The translations under genes and the position numbers were made by a program. 64,000 bases of DNA from Fimbriimonadales bacterium. Its GTDB lineage: Bacteria > Armatimonadota > Fimbriimonadia > Fimbriimonadales > JABRVX01. This document shows positions 34,101 to 43,257 of this stretch, piece after piece. Numbering within the stretch: position 1 is the stretch's first letter; the number at the start of each line of letters is the position of its first letter. The DNA lies in contig BTVI01000009.1 in the NCBI GenBank assembly GCA_045862955.1, positions 1 to 64,000 of the forward strand, read 5' to 3'. Under the pieces are notes generated by a model. The model did not search any database, was not told the origin of the DNA, and saw only the letters and a list, made by a program, of their open reading frames with translations.

Positions 34101-34814
34101 GTGGTCGTCCTCCTCCGCCATGCTGAAGACCAGATACTGCGTGCGGACCGCCTCGGCGCCTGGCGCAAGGGTGCCCACGTCGGTCGAGATCACACCTACT
34201 CGGTCCGGTGTGGAACTTGCCTCGAAAGGCTCGAGGAACCCCGAGAAGAGCTGCCTGGTCTGCCCCATGGCGTTGCCGTCCGTGGAGCCCCTGAAGCTGT
34301 CGAAAAGGCGGCCATCCTTCACCTCGGTTCGCCGCACGGCTGCACTGACTCGCACGTTGTTGATGGCCGTGTCACCAACGTTTCGCACCGACACCGTTCT
34401 GAGCAGTGCCTTGGATCCAAAGGGCGCATAAGTGGAGACGCGCATCGCGACGTGCTTGGCCGTCAGGTGCGTCACTACGATCCCCGTGCCGCGGACACGC
34501 GACAGGGTGGCAGACTCGAACGTCACGTTCTCGCCACCCACTGACAGGCCGACGGTACTCGGTCCGAAGGCAGAGGTGTTAGCCATCACGCCGGCGAGCA
34601 TGATGTGTGGCCCCGTGATCTGGTGCAAAGCTGCGCTCCACACGTTGGGCCCCATATAGCCGAACACCAACCCGTTGCCGACGGGACGCCAACCGCGAAG
34701 CTCCTGTCCCGCGTGGACCGTCTCGTTCCACACGCTGTAAGTGGCATCCGGGGTGCTCTGCAAGCCGACCCCGATCGCTGCGAGAAGAATAGCTACCAAG
34801 TACATCTCGCTCAC
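31164..34814 (-). CDS. Large secreted protein, probable six-hairpin glycosidase domain plus C-terminal lectin-like domain
   Basis: 1216-aa ORF, signal peptide; AGVWVRDS, WYYRFTGD....EHW, ERDYW...GFY; C-terminal DDF...GSWQV.GG...GYIGL. Confidence 0.65.
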   Translation of the reverse strand: MSEMYLVAILLAAIGVGLQSTPDATYSVWNETVHAGQELRGWRPVGNGLVFGYMGPNVWSAALHQITGPHIMLAGVMANTSAFGPSTVGLSVGGENVTFESATLSRVRGTGIVVTHLTAKHVAMRVSTYAPFGSKALLRTVSVRNVGDTAINNVRVSAAVRRTEVKDGRLFDSFRGSTDGNAMGQTRQLFSGFLEPFEASSTPDRVGVISTDVGTLAPGAEAVRTQYLVFSMAEEDDHEKTLADLRQPATALMARCADGWKKWLATTVRLDCPDRRLADLLEETAVSVRVQTADPQKAAGPMEFFAGVWVRDSVGPFKYYLRLGDFETARKMLEFYYRASAYNKVIPNWFPMDIDVTRPVDPKLDWSAVRTDRVETPSWLIMQHAWYYRFTGDLAPIREHWEYLQRCLMGQLIDEKGVPYTTVNYGYTEPVPNTLYRFPHHGDETWIYPGFEVLNSPLFPEPNDHVHWDQYSADSTWEFVVSAEILTEFAKLLGKQSEAEQLRKIARDSRAACERDYWMQERGFYSPAMGMVSLDRHQPPFTAVNLNPLWIGYLRPDDPKAISNLTETIKYTYNPNGLLDATETLKVYVGMLPGMFLYNLAAVHHPLAEKALRAMVAVASPSGEYTEKHRTDPTGYRTDFLGHRIRPWEGGINADAALYYLTGLEPSAGSGSISLCPRLPSGWKDMSVSNQRVGTGRLAIRVADDGSSRRYTLTWTGGRAPRVTFTAEIPHAAIQSIRTSGKEVRAVPRDRWGVSTATFPVTLGTRPTQIEVRYKRVEPKSVEPVRERYRYVVPKNVPFHDVVLWLQEPRKTNPQDVRTYELLKGKLRTRIITPFMPASPEWLRPFLLRPDGSINAKVFLMGPRSVTDSLKYAKWWGDPELSRLLTDYMLAGGVLALVKPGETSSEWFGNLLADARYAVLPAPQTPSVAAAAAQGALAALGLTEFKASGMYVFSRLGALAHPPSEPGAATIVGRVVGKGFFLATLADLDAQALADLASRLAQPHVTSTVRDALGTRIPDAESDAFEDQGRHGTYQDDFDKYPDGSMGLPAWLPISGSWQVQGGEYHETTMNGYDFCSTLNVQVTGDYRVEAVSRVIEGIYETGFVFNSASRYSITQSQMVRFSGPEQVWCGPLQGGFSLQHVLNTDITVRDSTPHTLAIDVYNSKGTYDVWVNGKRIGSDLPLAVRLSNGEAGYIGLLSCRGHVAYSSVSVQPIRR

Positions 34815-37800
34815 CTACTTGGAAAGCCGGAAGTAGCCGTATTCGCAGCTTCCGAACATCTCGAACGCGTAGCCCGGATCCGCATCACGATCCGTGGGCG
34901 GCAGGCTAGCACGCACCCACAGCCGGACACCCATCTCCTTACCGGCCTTCAGCGTGAGCCCGACTGCATCACAGCGCGGGATCGCGATCTCCATGCAATA
35001 CCACCCTTCGGTGTCGCGCCCCCAGGCCCACTTGGTGTCATCTGCCCTGTCGTAAAGTGTGTTGGTCCAGTCCGGCACCCCGCGCTGCTGGACTGGCTCC
35101 ACGTTGTTCCATACCATAATGCCTTCGGCTCGTCGCGCTTGGTTGGGGGGTACACCGGCGTCGTCTCGCGGTATCTGAACGTGGAGGCGCAAGTTGTCCG
35201 CGCCGTGAAAGTATCCGTCGGCATTGCAGTCGAGCTGCGGAGACAGCAAGAAGCGGTAGGGGGCACGTGCAGCGATGTAGAGGTATTCGTCATCCCAATT
35301 GAGATAAGTCTGCATGCGGTAGTCCGCTCCTGGCGGTGAGGGCATGGCTTCACGATATATGGATCCGCGTGGGAACGGGGTAACGGCGTTCGGTGTCGAG
35401 GCAAAAGCGTCCCACTCACCGGGAGTTAGCCTACCGTCAATCGTGGGCGACTTCTTCGGACGGTCGTAGGCATAGTCGAACACGGCAAAGGGATACTTCA
35501 GGTCGATCTGCTTCGTCAGCATCGGATGCTCGTGCCCGGGCACCGCAGGGTGCATGGTGGATGCCGTCAGATTCTGCAGATCCGATAGCCCATTGCGATA
35601 GGAGTTTGGATCGTTAGGATTGGTGCCAGCGCGCTTCTCGTCCCAAACTGCTCGCGGCTCGTCGTCCGGCACGCCGTCGGCGTCCCTGTCGGCAGTGACG
35701 ATCAGCTTCCCGAAGGCCAGGTTGAGGTAACTATCGAGCGGCATAACGCGGAGGGTGTATGCTAAGAAGTCGTAGTTTTCTCCGAAACGGCCAGCCAGGC
35801 CCCACGGCATGTCGGCGCTCTGATAGCCACGCGTGCCCGAAGCGCCCATCCAACCCTCGGTCAGGTGATGAAACTCGTGGGTACTCAGCCACATATCGCC
35901 ACCACCCGCGAAGCAACACCCCGTTGTGTGAGTTAGTTTGCCTCCCCACCACGGAGTCGGCCAGGGATAGGCATAGCAGCAGTTCCCACCGATGACGATA
36001 ACAGCTCCGAAGTCGGTCGGCTGCAAACTCTCTTGTGTCGCAAGGGTCAGGACGTCGCGGAACACCTCTTCGCTACTCGAGCCGAGATGGGTGAAGTCTA
36101 CCGGGCGATCCACCTTCAAATACATGCACTTAGGGTCCAGCCGGAACATCGAGTTCGTCCAGTAGAACATGCGCATTCCCTCGTGCGTTCGCACTACCTG
36201 GTCGAACCACGCATCATCACGTATTGCCGGCGGCGGAGACGTGCCCGAGGGATCGCGCTGGCTCTCGAAGGTTACATGCGCATACGCGATCACGGCTACG
36301 GGGACCTGGGAGTAGGCCATCATTCCCTTCGGTGCGTGTGTCGCGAATCGGTAGCTGATGGAGAGCCCTTCCGCGGGGATGGTGCGCACCGGGGCGGACA
36401 CAGCGTAGGTGTACCGTGTTGCCGGCCTGAGTCCCTTCAACTCCACCCTGTGCTCCGTTCGGAGCTTGCCGTCGCCGAAGATCTCGGCGGATGAGTAGTC
36501 CGCAGAAGGTGGTAGGGTTGCGGCCACGTGGGTGTCCAAAAGGTGCAGCTTCGTGGGTGTGGGCAGGTCGGTTCGCCAGCTGACGGTTGCCGAGTCGGTC
36601 CCGATCCGACTGACAACCGGCTTGGTCTCGGTTAGCTTGGGTGACAAGATGACAATGCGCTTCTGCCACCCATCGGCGACCACGAGTCGTCCCGCGGAGT
36701 CGAGCACGATCTGCTCGGCGAACACACCTCCCGCCATCGAGCCCTCGTAGGTCGCGATTCGCTTCCCGTCGGCACCGAAGGTCTGAACCCGTTCACCGGT
36801 AGAGACGATGAGGTTGCCGCGTCGGTCAACGGTGACTGCTCGCACGGGCACCTTCAGATCTATCGCATCCGCCATGCCGCTGGTCAGGTCGACGATGTGA
36901 CAACGGCTGCCATCTGCAACATACAGTCTGGAGCCGACGATGCTAAGGTGACGAGGGGAGTCGAGCCCAAGCTCCTCCCCGATTCTGGACCGCACCACGC
37001 CTGAGCTGTTAAGACAGTATAGGGCGCGACCTGGCGGATCGGACAGCCAGATATCCCCATCGCGAGCCACCGCGATGCCATAGAGAGAACTCGATCCTGG
37101 CACCGACCACTCGCCCGCAGATCGCCCGTCGGCGCGGAACTGTTTGACTCGGTTATCGCCTGCGTCTACCACGTAGATAGTACCCTGGGCGTCGGAAGCA
37201 ACAGTGACGGGCGAATGCAACACGCCGTCGCCCAGCTCCTTCATGAGCGCTCCGTCCTGGGTGACTACCTGCACCACTCCTAGCGTACGAACCGGATACG
37301 CGATGTTACCGTCGGGCAACACCGTGACCGACTCCACCCACTCTGGCATCACCTTGCCACGTGGCTTCGCCCGCCAAGCCACTCCCTCTGGTACCGACAC
37401 GCGAACATCATCGAACTGGCTGTGGCCCATCGAGGATTGCAGTCCGACGTAGCCCGCGCGGTGGTACATCGGTGCCGAGTCGACGATCTTGCGACCATCC
37501 CAGTACACGTCGAAGGTGCCACGGGAGTTCCAGACATCCATGCGCATCTCGTGCCATGTACCATCGGCATACAAGGACCCGGACGCGCCTCCCGATCCGA
37601 GGAAGTATCGTCCCTTCATCCAGCCGTACATGATAGGAACGTTGCCATCGAAACGTAGCATGTTGCCGCTCTCGCCGGTTCGCTGATCGGCTACGTTCCA
37701 ATAAAGCCCGCTGCCCGCGCCGCCGCCAACCAGACGCACACGGGTCTCGATGCGGTGGTCGCAGCGCAGATACAGGTCGCGCACGACTGCTCCCAGATCG

Positions 37801-38015
37801 TATCCGCCGTGATCTTGGTTCAGAACACCGTCTTTCACATACCAGTGGCCGGCGAAGGCAGACCAATTCTTGGCGAACGCCTCGTCGCCGCCGGAAAAGT
37901 CGTCCGAGAAGATCGTCGTCCAGCCCACGTCCTGGGGTGCTGTTGGGGCCGAGCTCGCGGCGAAAAACAAAGCATAGCTAACTAATATCGAGAAAATGTG
38001 CATCATCGCCTCCAA
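34815..38015 (-). CDS. Large secreted protein: lectin-like, NHL propeller, FN3-like, HExxH and CBM9-like domains
   Basis: GGAGG RBS; FSDDF..W.V.DG; G.IYVVDAGDNRV NHL repeats; ATVSWRTD...H.V.L.GL.PAT.Y; THEFHH; PTIDG.L..GEW...WDDEYLY. Confidence 0.7.
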   Translation of the reverse strand: MEAMMHIFSILVSYALFFAASSAPTAPQDVGWTTIFSDDFSGGDEAFAKNWSAFAGHWYVKDGVLNQDHGGYDLGAVVRDLYLRCDHRIETRVRLVGGGAGSGLYWNVADQRTGESGNMLRFDGNVPIMYGWMKGRYFLGSGGASGSLYADGTWHEMRMDVWNSRGTFDVYWDGRKIVDSAPMYHRAGYVGLQSSMGHSQFDDVRVSVPEGVAWRAKPRGKVMPEWVESVTVLPDGNIAYPVRTLGVVQVVTQDGALMKELGDGVLHSPVTVASDAQGTIYVVDAGDNRVKQFRADGRSAGEWSVPGSSSLYGIAVARDGDIWLSDPPGRALYCLNSSGVVRSRIGEELGLDSPRHLSIVGSRLYVADGSRCHIVDLTSGMADAIDLKVPVRAVTVDRRGNLIVSTGERVQTFGADGKRIATYEGSMAGGVFAEQIVLDSAGRLVVADGWQKRIVILSPKLTETKPVVSRIGTDSATVSWRTDLPTPTKLHLLDTHVAATLPPSADYSSAEIFGDGKLRTEHRVELKGLRPATRYTYAVSAPVRTIPAEGLSISYRFATHAPKGMMAYSQVPVAVIAYAHVTFESQRDPSGTSPPPAIRDDAWFDQVVRTHEGMRMFYWTNSMFRLDPKCMYLKVDRPVDFTHLGSSSEEVFRDVLTLATQESLQPTDFGAVIVIGGNCCYAYPWPTPWWGGKLTHTTGCCFAGGGDMWLSTHEFHHLTEGWMGASGTRGYQSADMPWGLAGRFGENYDFLAYTLRVMPLDSYLNLAFGKLIVTADRDADGVPDDEPRAVWDEKRAGTNPNDPNSYRNGLSDLQNLTASTMHPAVPGHEHPMLTKQIDLKYPFAVFDYAYDRPKKSPTIDGRLTPGEWDAFASTPNAVTPFPRGSIYREAMPSPPGADYRMQTYLNWDDEYLYIAARAPYRFLLSPQLDCNADGYFHGADNLRLHVQIPRDDAGVPPNQARRAEGIMVWNNVEPVQQRGVPDWTNTLYDRADDTKWAWGRDTEGWYCMEIAIPRCDAVGLTLKAGKEMGVRLWVRASLPPTDRDADPGYAFEMFGSCEYGYFRLSK

Positions 38016-38042
38016 AAACTGGCTCGTGCTTCTTCTTGGGCG

Positions 38043-40277
38043 CTATGTTTCCTGCCTGGGCAATAGGTCTACTGCCTCCCGAACGGAAGGCACGACTTCT
38101 GGATAGGAGGTCGCAGGCTCCTCGGGAGACTCCTCGATGAAGCGCTCGGCCACCTCTCGGCAGCTGTCATGGAGCCATTCCATCGAAGGCCTGCGGCCAG
38201 CCATGACGCATGTCCGAAGGTGCTCGATCAGGATCTGCATTCGCGGCCGGTAGTAGTGTTTCACGAGTTCGTACATGTCTCGCCTGGCGTAGTCCAGGAG
38301 CGTATCGTAGTGCTCGAAGTCGATCAGCACCGTGTAGCGAGTGTGTATCTGGCGCCTGGCTTGCTCGCGCGGAAGCCCGAACGGAGGAGCGGTGGCACGC
38401 TCGATCTCCGGCTGAATCCGGTACTCGGGCAGCAGCGCGGCAATCTGCTGAACAGCGTCCAGGCCTTGCAACACCTGCCTTGCCGCCGTCTCGAACTCCC
38501 CCCTGTCTTGTGCGGCCCACATCCGGATGGTTGCTGCCGTCACGACATTGCCGGCATACTCCTTCGAAATGTCTACTAGGTCTCGCTGATAGCACTCCTC
38601 CGACTCGAGTAGGTGTGCTGCGGCAAGTGCGACGTCAGTTGCTTCGCGCAAGGCGGGCACGAAGCCGGCTCGCTTACGCCACCAAGGCTTATCCGGATCG
38701 ACGGGCGCAAACTGATAGATAGGCCCGTGCCAGTCATTCATGTCGTACCACGAATATACGGTCTCGACAAGCCTCTCGAGTGCGGGGAGCATTGCATAGG
38801 CAGCCTGCTCTCCATACCGCCGAACAGCGTAGTCCCTAAGGAAGCCCGCCAGCGACACACCGTCCGGGTTCCAAGCCAACTGACACGCCAGATCGTAGTA
38901 GAGTGGGTTGTGACGTATCGCCTCGGGCGCATGGTATGACCACTTGGCCGTGGGGTACCGCGTGGCTTCCTCCGCTCCCGCTATAAGACCGGACAAGTCG
39001 CCGTGCAAATGGGTGTTGCCGCCAAAGCAGTGGAAGATGGTCCAGCCCCACGTCTTGCCGAAGAAACCATCGGTCTCGCGGTACAGCTTCGTAAGACCGT
39101 CGCTCGTCGTGTAATTCGAAGTGAGGTCGTTTAGTACTAGCATCTCCTCCGGAAAGGGTTCGAGCACCGCCCTGATGTGTTCCATCGGCCAGTACTTGCG
39201 CTCGACGAAGCCCCACCCGCTCATCACCCACTTCGCGTGGGTGTTGTGGGCGCGTAGGGCTGCGACCGCGGCTCGCGAGAATGCCCTCTTGGCCTCTTCG
39301 CGCTCCTCGAGCGTGCCGGGCGGTTCCATCTCTGCGTACACATCCAACGCATACAGATCAGATGGTCCCCACAACTGATCTGCCAGTCTTAGCCTAGTGG
39401 ATAGTAGGTGTTCGAAGAGGGGATCGGATGGATGCAAGAAGGGCTGGGGCGCATAGTCGAACCACTGCATCTCGAAGTAGCTGGCCTGGGGGTAGACCTC
39501 GCGAAAGGTGGGTGGTACGTGTCCGGTAGTACCCGCTGGCGTCACCACACGAAGTCCTAAGTCGCGCGCGTATTCCGCACACCGCCTGCCCAGCTCCGCA
39601 TGCACGCGATCTACTCGAGAGGGTGGGTCCGCTGAAACACCCATCGTGCGCAGAGTCTCGTAGTCGAGTACCTTGGCGCCGAGTGAGATGTGCAGAACGT
39701 TGAAGCCTCGCTTGACACTCCATTCGATCTCGCGACGCCAATCGTCCCAGCCCCAAAAGCACGAGGTGTAGAATGCCGAGCAGCCCTGGAGGTTCTGACG
39801 TCCCTCGAATCTAGGAATCTTGACTTCATGGATGGCGGGCAACGAGAGGGTGCGACTCCGTGGAACCCGCTCGTGATCGCCGAAGAATCCCACGCGGCAA
39901 TAATGACCGAGCAGGTGGTACACCGCATACATGCAGGCCGGCGCCCGTCCGCACGCAATCACTACACAAGGCACTCCCTCGTAGCTCGAGGTCGTCAGCG
40001 CAAATCCGTCCCGGTCTTCGAGCCCATGGGGCAGAACGATGTGCCCTCCATCCAGCAGGTCGCAGATGATGGGATGAGTACCGGGCGAACCTAACACGAT
40101 GTTGGTACAGGCCGGTTCGAAACTATCCCATATCGGCAGGCGATGGCCGGTGATAGCATGAACGTACCTGCTCAGCTCCTCGGCTGCACGTCGCTCCAGT
40201 GGAGACGCGTAGGCCGAAAGGGTGATGCAAGCCGTCGGGCCGTCATCCGTGACGATAGGCATCGAATCGGGGGTCAT
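38043..40277 (-). CDS. Alpha-N-acetylglucosaminidase (GH89)-like protein
   Basis: QN..GC...Y...FWGWDDWRREIEW...GFN, DVYAEMEPP, WVMSGW, FHCFGGN, APEAIRHN, YQRDLVD, LLDYA; start uncertain. Confidence 0.85.
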   Translation of the reverse strand: MTPDSMPIVTDDGPTACITLSAYASPLERRAAEELSRYVHAITGHRLPIWDSFEPACTNIVLGSPGTHPIICDLLDGGHIVLPHGLEDRDGFALTTSSYEGVPCVVIACGRAPACMYAVYHLLGHYCRVGFFGDHERVPRSRTLSLPAIHEVKIPRFEGRQNLQGCSAFYTSCFWGWDDWRREIEWSVKRGFNVLHISLGAKVLDYETLRTMGVSADPPSRVDRVHAELGRRCAEYARDLGLRVVTPAGTTGHVPPTFREVYPQASYFEMQWFDYAPQPFLHPSDPLFEHLLSTRLRLADQLWGPSDLYALDVYAEMEPPGTLEEREEAKRAFSRAAVAALRAHNTHAKWVMSGWGFVERKYWPMEHIRAVLEPFPEEMLVLNDLTSNYTTSDGLTKLYRETDGFFGKTWGWTIFHCFGGNTHLHGDLSGLIAGAEEATRYPTAKWSYHAPEAIRHNPLYYDLACQLAWNPDGVSLAGFLRDYAVRRYGEQAAYAMLPALERLVETVYSWYDMNDWHGPIYQFAPVDPDKPWWRKRAGFVPALREATDVALAAAHLLESEECYQRDLVDISKEYAGNVVTAATIRMWAAQDRGEFETAARQVLQGLDAVQQIAALLPEYRIQPEIERATAPPFGLPREQARRQIHTRYTVLIDFEHYDTLLDYARRDMYELVKHYYRPRMQILIEHLRTCVMAGRRPSMEWLHDSCREVAERFIEESPEEPATSYPEVVPSVREAVDLLPRQET

Positions 40278-40467
40278 GTGGTTCTCCGCTGCGCAATCCG
40301 GTCTGTGCATCTCGATTCGACACCGGGCCGAGGCTACCCTTTGGCCGAAGAAGGAAGGGACATCAGACCTGTGCACGCAGGAGAGACCTCAGCCATCCAA
40401 TAATCCTAGTCCCAGACCGTTCGCCGATGAACGGTTCGCATCTCGACGCAGAGATCGGAGGATGACG

Positions 40468-40965
40468 ATGGCCGAAACCGAGGCCAATCTGAAGGAAGCT
40501 TTCGCGGGTGAGAGCCAAGCCAACCGCGAGTACGTTGCCTTCGCGCGCAGAGCCGAGCAGGACGGGTTTCCCGGAATCGCCCGTCTATTCCGCACCGCGG
40601 CCGAGGCGGAGACCATGCACGCGCTCGGGCACCTAGCGGCAATGGATGGGATCGGCAGCACCGCCGACAACCTTCGTGCTGCCATCCAGGGCGAGACATA
40701 CGAGTTCACTGAGATGTACCCACCGATGCTGCAGCAGGCGGAGGCCGAGGGCCATCGTGCCAAGCGCATGTTCAACTACGCGATGAAGGCAGAGGCCGTG
40801 CACGCGAAGATCTATGCGATGGCGTTGGAAGCCGTCGAGCAGGGCAGAGACCTGGAAGCGGTGGACTTCTACCTGTGCCCTGTGTGTGGTCACATCGAGC
40901 TGGGCAAGGCACCCGACTCGTGTCCGATCTGCGGCGCACCCAAGGAGAAGTTCGTACTGAGCTAG
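40468..40965 (+). CDS. Rubrerythrin family protein
   Basis: NLKEAFAGESQAN, AE.MHA, GETYE..EMYP, AE.VH, CPVCG...CPICG; GGAGGA RBS. Confidence 0.95.
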   Translation: MAETEANLKEAFAGESQANREYVAFARRAEQDGFPGIARLFRTAAEAETMHALGHLAAMDGIGSTADNLRAAIQGETYEFTEMYPPMLQQAEAEGHRAKRMFNYAMKAEAVHAKIYAMALEAVEQGRDLEAVDFYLCPVCGHIELGKAPDSCPICGAPKEKFVLS

Positions 40966-41004
40966 GCGTTAGCACTTCCGCAGCGATGTATGAAGGATGA
41001 GTGA

Positions 41005-41484
41005 ATGGCCGGTGCCCAGCAGCTGAAGTCGGCTATGTACCTGGCAGGATGGGTGATCCTGTGCTTCGGTGTCGCTGCCGTCGGCTCACGCTACATGCCT
41101 GGGGAGTGGTACGAGTCCCTGGCCAAGCCCGACTGGAACCCACCTAACTGGGTCTTCGCGCCGGTGTGGACGGTGCTCTACCTCATGATGGCTACTGCCG
41201 CCTGGCGCGTGACGATCAAGGGGCCAACCGGCTCTCGCAGGATGCCGTTGTTGCTCTTCGTGCTACAACTGCTGCTCAACGGTGTGTGGTCCTGGTTATT
41301 TTTCGGCCTGCGGAGTCCTGGACTGGCTTTCACGGACATAGTTGCCCTCTGGGTGGTGCTGCTGATCACCGTTGCGTGCTTTTGGCGCGCCGACCGCCTG
41401 GCCGGGCTATTGCTGATACCCTACTTCGCCTGGGTCTCCTTCGCCCTCACCCTCAATCTCGCGATCTGGACCTTGAACCCTTAG
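41005..41484 (+). CDS. tspO: TspO/MBR tryptophan-rich sensory protein
   Basis: WYESLAKP.WNPPNWVFAPVWTVLY, QLLLN..WSWLFF, LLIPY.AWVSFA..LN. Confidence 0.93.
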   Translation: MAGAQQLKSAMYLAGWVILCFGVAAVGSRYMPGEWYESLAKPDWNPPNWVFAPVWTVLYLMMATAAWRVTIKGPTGSRRMPLLLFVLQLLLNGVWSWLFFGLRSPGLAFTDIVALWVVLLITVACFWRADRLAGLLLIPYFAWVSFALTLNLAIWTLNP

Positions 41485-41937
41485 GCCCGCGAGTCGTGGG
41501 AGGTAGCGAGCGGCACCTCTGACCATCGCATTCGTGGAGCGATCCTGGGCCGCCAGTGCGTCACAAGGCTGCTGCGTTCCAAGAGAGAGTGCTTGTTGGG
41601 CGTCGAGCGCCGTCGGAGCTGGAACCGTCGTCTTGCCAGCCTTCCAAGTCCCCTCTGCCGACCGAGCAGTCGTTCCTGGAGCCGGGCCGTCGCTGCGCCT
41701 AAGAACACCGTCTTCGGGCGCCCTCCCGGGTGCCGGTGGAGGAAAGAACCAGAAAAGCACAAGTGGGTCGGTGCTGGCGTCTCCGTAGAGGGGGGCCGGT
41801 GGAGGAAAAAATCAGAAAACCGCAGGAGGGGACGAGAAGGAATCGGCGAGCGAACGTCGAAAGGTATCGCCATAGATGTATCGGTGTCCCGAGCATGGGC
41901 TAGGGTCACGCGATTTGCATTCGGAGGGAGTAGGCTA

Positions 41938-43257
41938 ATGCGAAGAGTAGCTTCCGCACCTAGCTTCAGTATCGTTCCGCCCGAACGAAAGGCAATCTGG
42001 GAGGGCGAGATCCACGTCGTCACGCCGATGTTCGGTGGGTCGGCGACGGCCGGCCAAGTGGACCCCGGGCGCCCCGTGAATGCGAAGATGGTTCGCGGCC
42101 ACCTGCGCTTCTGGTGGCGGGCCTGCCGGGCGGCTCAATTCGAGAGCGCGAAGGATCTGTTCGACGCCGAAGCCGCACTTTGGGGCTCGACGGAGACGCC
42201 GTCGGCCCTAGACCTGGTGCTCGAAGTGCGTTCCTCCGGCAACAGCCGAGCCTGTGCGCGTTACGAGAAGAGGCCCGATGGCACTTACAAATCGCTGCCT
42301 GCCTTCGCATCAGGCTATCCGCCGTACGCACTGTTCCCATTTCAAGGCAAGGCAGAAAGGACCACGATACAAATTCAGCCGGCTGAAGCACTCGAGGGTG
42401 TTCGATTTAGCCTCCGAATCCTTCCCTCGCAAAGCATCAGAAGTGACGCTCTCGACGGCGTTGCTGACGGGGTTCTAGCGGCGTTGTGGGCATGGCTGCT
42501 GTTCGGCGGCGTGGGTGCGAGGACCCGCCGGGGTTGTGGCAGCCTGTACACCAACGGCTGGCCCTTCGAAGGTCTGCAAGCCAATGCCCTCGAGGCGATC
42601 TCGAAGCTCAAGTCTGAGTTTCTCCATTCTGGAGCCCGCTCCCTGCCGATACCAGCGCTGTGTGGAGCAGGCTTGCTGGTCGGGACGCAACTGCAAGGCC
42701 ACCTCGACGCTTGGAGCGCTGCAGTGAACACGATGCGCGACTTTCGACAGTCCGTTGGCTTCGCGAGAAATCGTGGTCAGCAACACAATCGTCCTGGTCG
42801 CAGTCGCTGGCCAGAGGCGGATAGTATCCGCGAGTATGCTCATGTTGCAGCGCCCGGGCATCGTCCCAGTCATCCGGCACGTCCTTTCTTCCCGCGCGCG
42901 GATCTGGGCATGCCGATCGTGTTTCACTTCCAAAGCCGCGAAGACCCGTCGGACTACATCGTGGGGCCGAAGGAAGATGGCAAGCAGCGCATGGCCTCCC
43001 CTATCATCCTCAAACCGCTCGCAGTTTCCGTCAAAGCCGCCTACCCGATCGCGCTACTACTAAATGCCCCTCATGTTTGGGACCGAGAGGCCCCGAAGCC
43101 TTACGCGAACAACAAACCGCTGGGACATAGCGAGCTCGCGGATGGTAGCAAAGTCGCGAAGGTACCGCCTCTGACTGACATGGGTAACAAGAACGCCCGC
43201 GATGCGTTCATGGCCTTCTTCAAGCAAAAGACCAACGCAAAGGAGGTGAAGCTGTGA
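41938..43257 (+). CDS. cmr1: Type III-B RAMP protein Cmr1
   Basis: VVTPMFGG, VRGHLRFWWRA, LWGST, FGGVGARTRRGCGS, LGMPIVFH, RMASP; first gene of cmr run. Confidence 0.92.
   Translation: MRRVASAPSFSIVPPERKAIWEGEIHVVTPMFGGSATAGQVDPGRPVNAKMVRGHLRFWWRACRAAQFESAKDLFDAEAALWGSTETPSALDLVLEVRSSGNSRACARYEKRPDGTYKSLPAFASGYPPYALFPFQGKAERTTIQIQPAEALEGVRFSLRILPSQSIRSDALDGVADGVLAALWAWLLFGGVGARTRRGCGSLYTNGWPFEGLQANALEAISKLKSEFLHSGARSLPIPALCGAGLLVGTQLQGHLDAWSAAVNTMRDFRQSVGFARNRGQQHNRPGRSRWPEADSIREYAHVAAPGHRPSHPARPFFPRADLGMPIVFHFQSREDPSDYIVGPKEDGKQRMASPIILKPLAVSVKAAYPIALLLNAPHVWDREAPKPYANNKPLGHSELADGSKVAKVPPLTDMGNKNARDAFMAFFKQKTNAKEVKL

Noticed and set aside
41593..41937. 115-aa N-terminal extension of Cmr1
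   Set aside because: Low-complexity Arg-rich sequence; a good RBS precedes ATG 41938.
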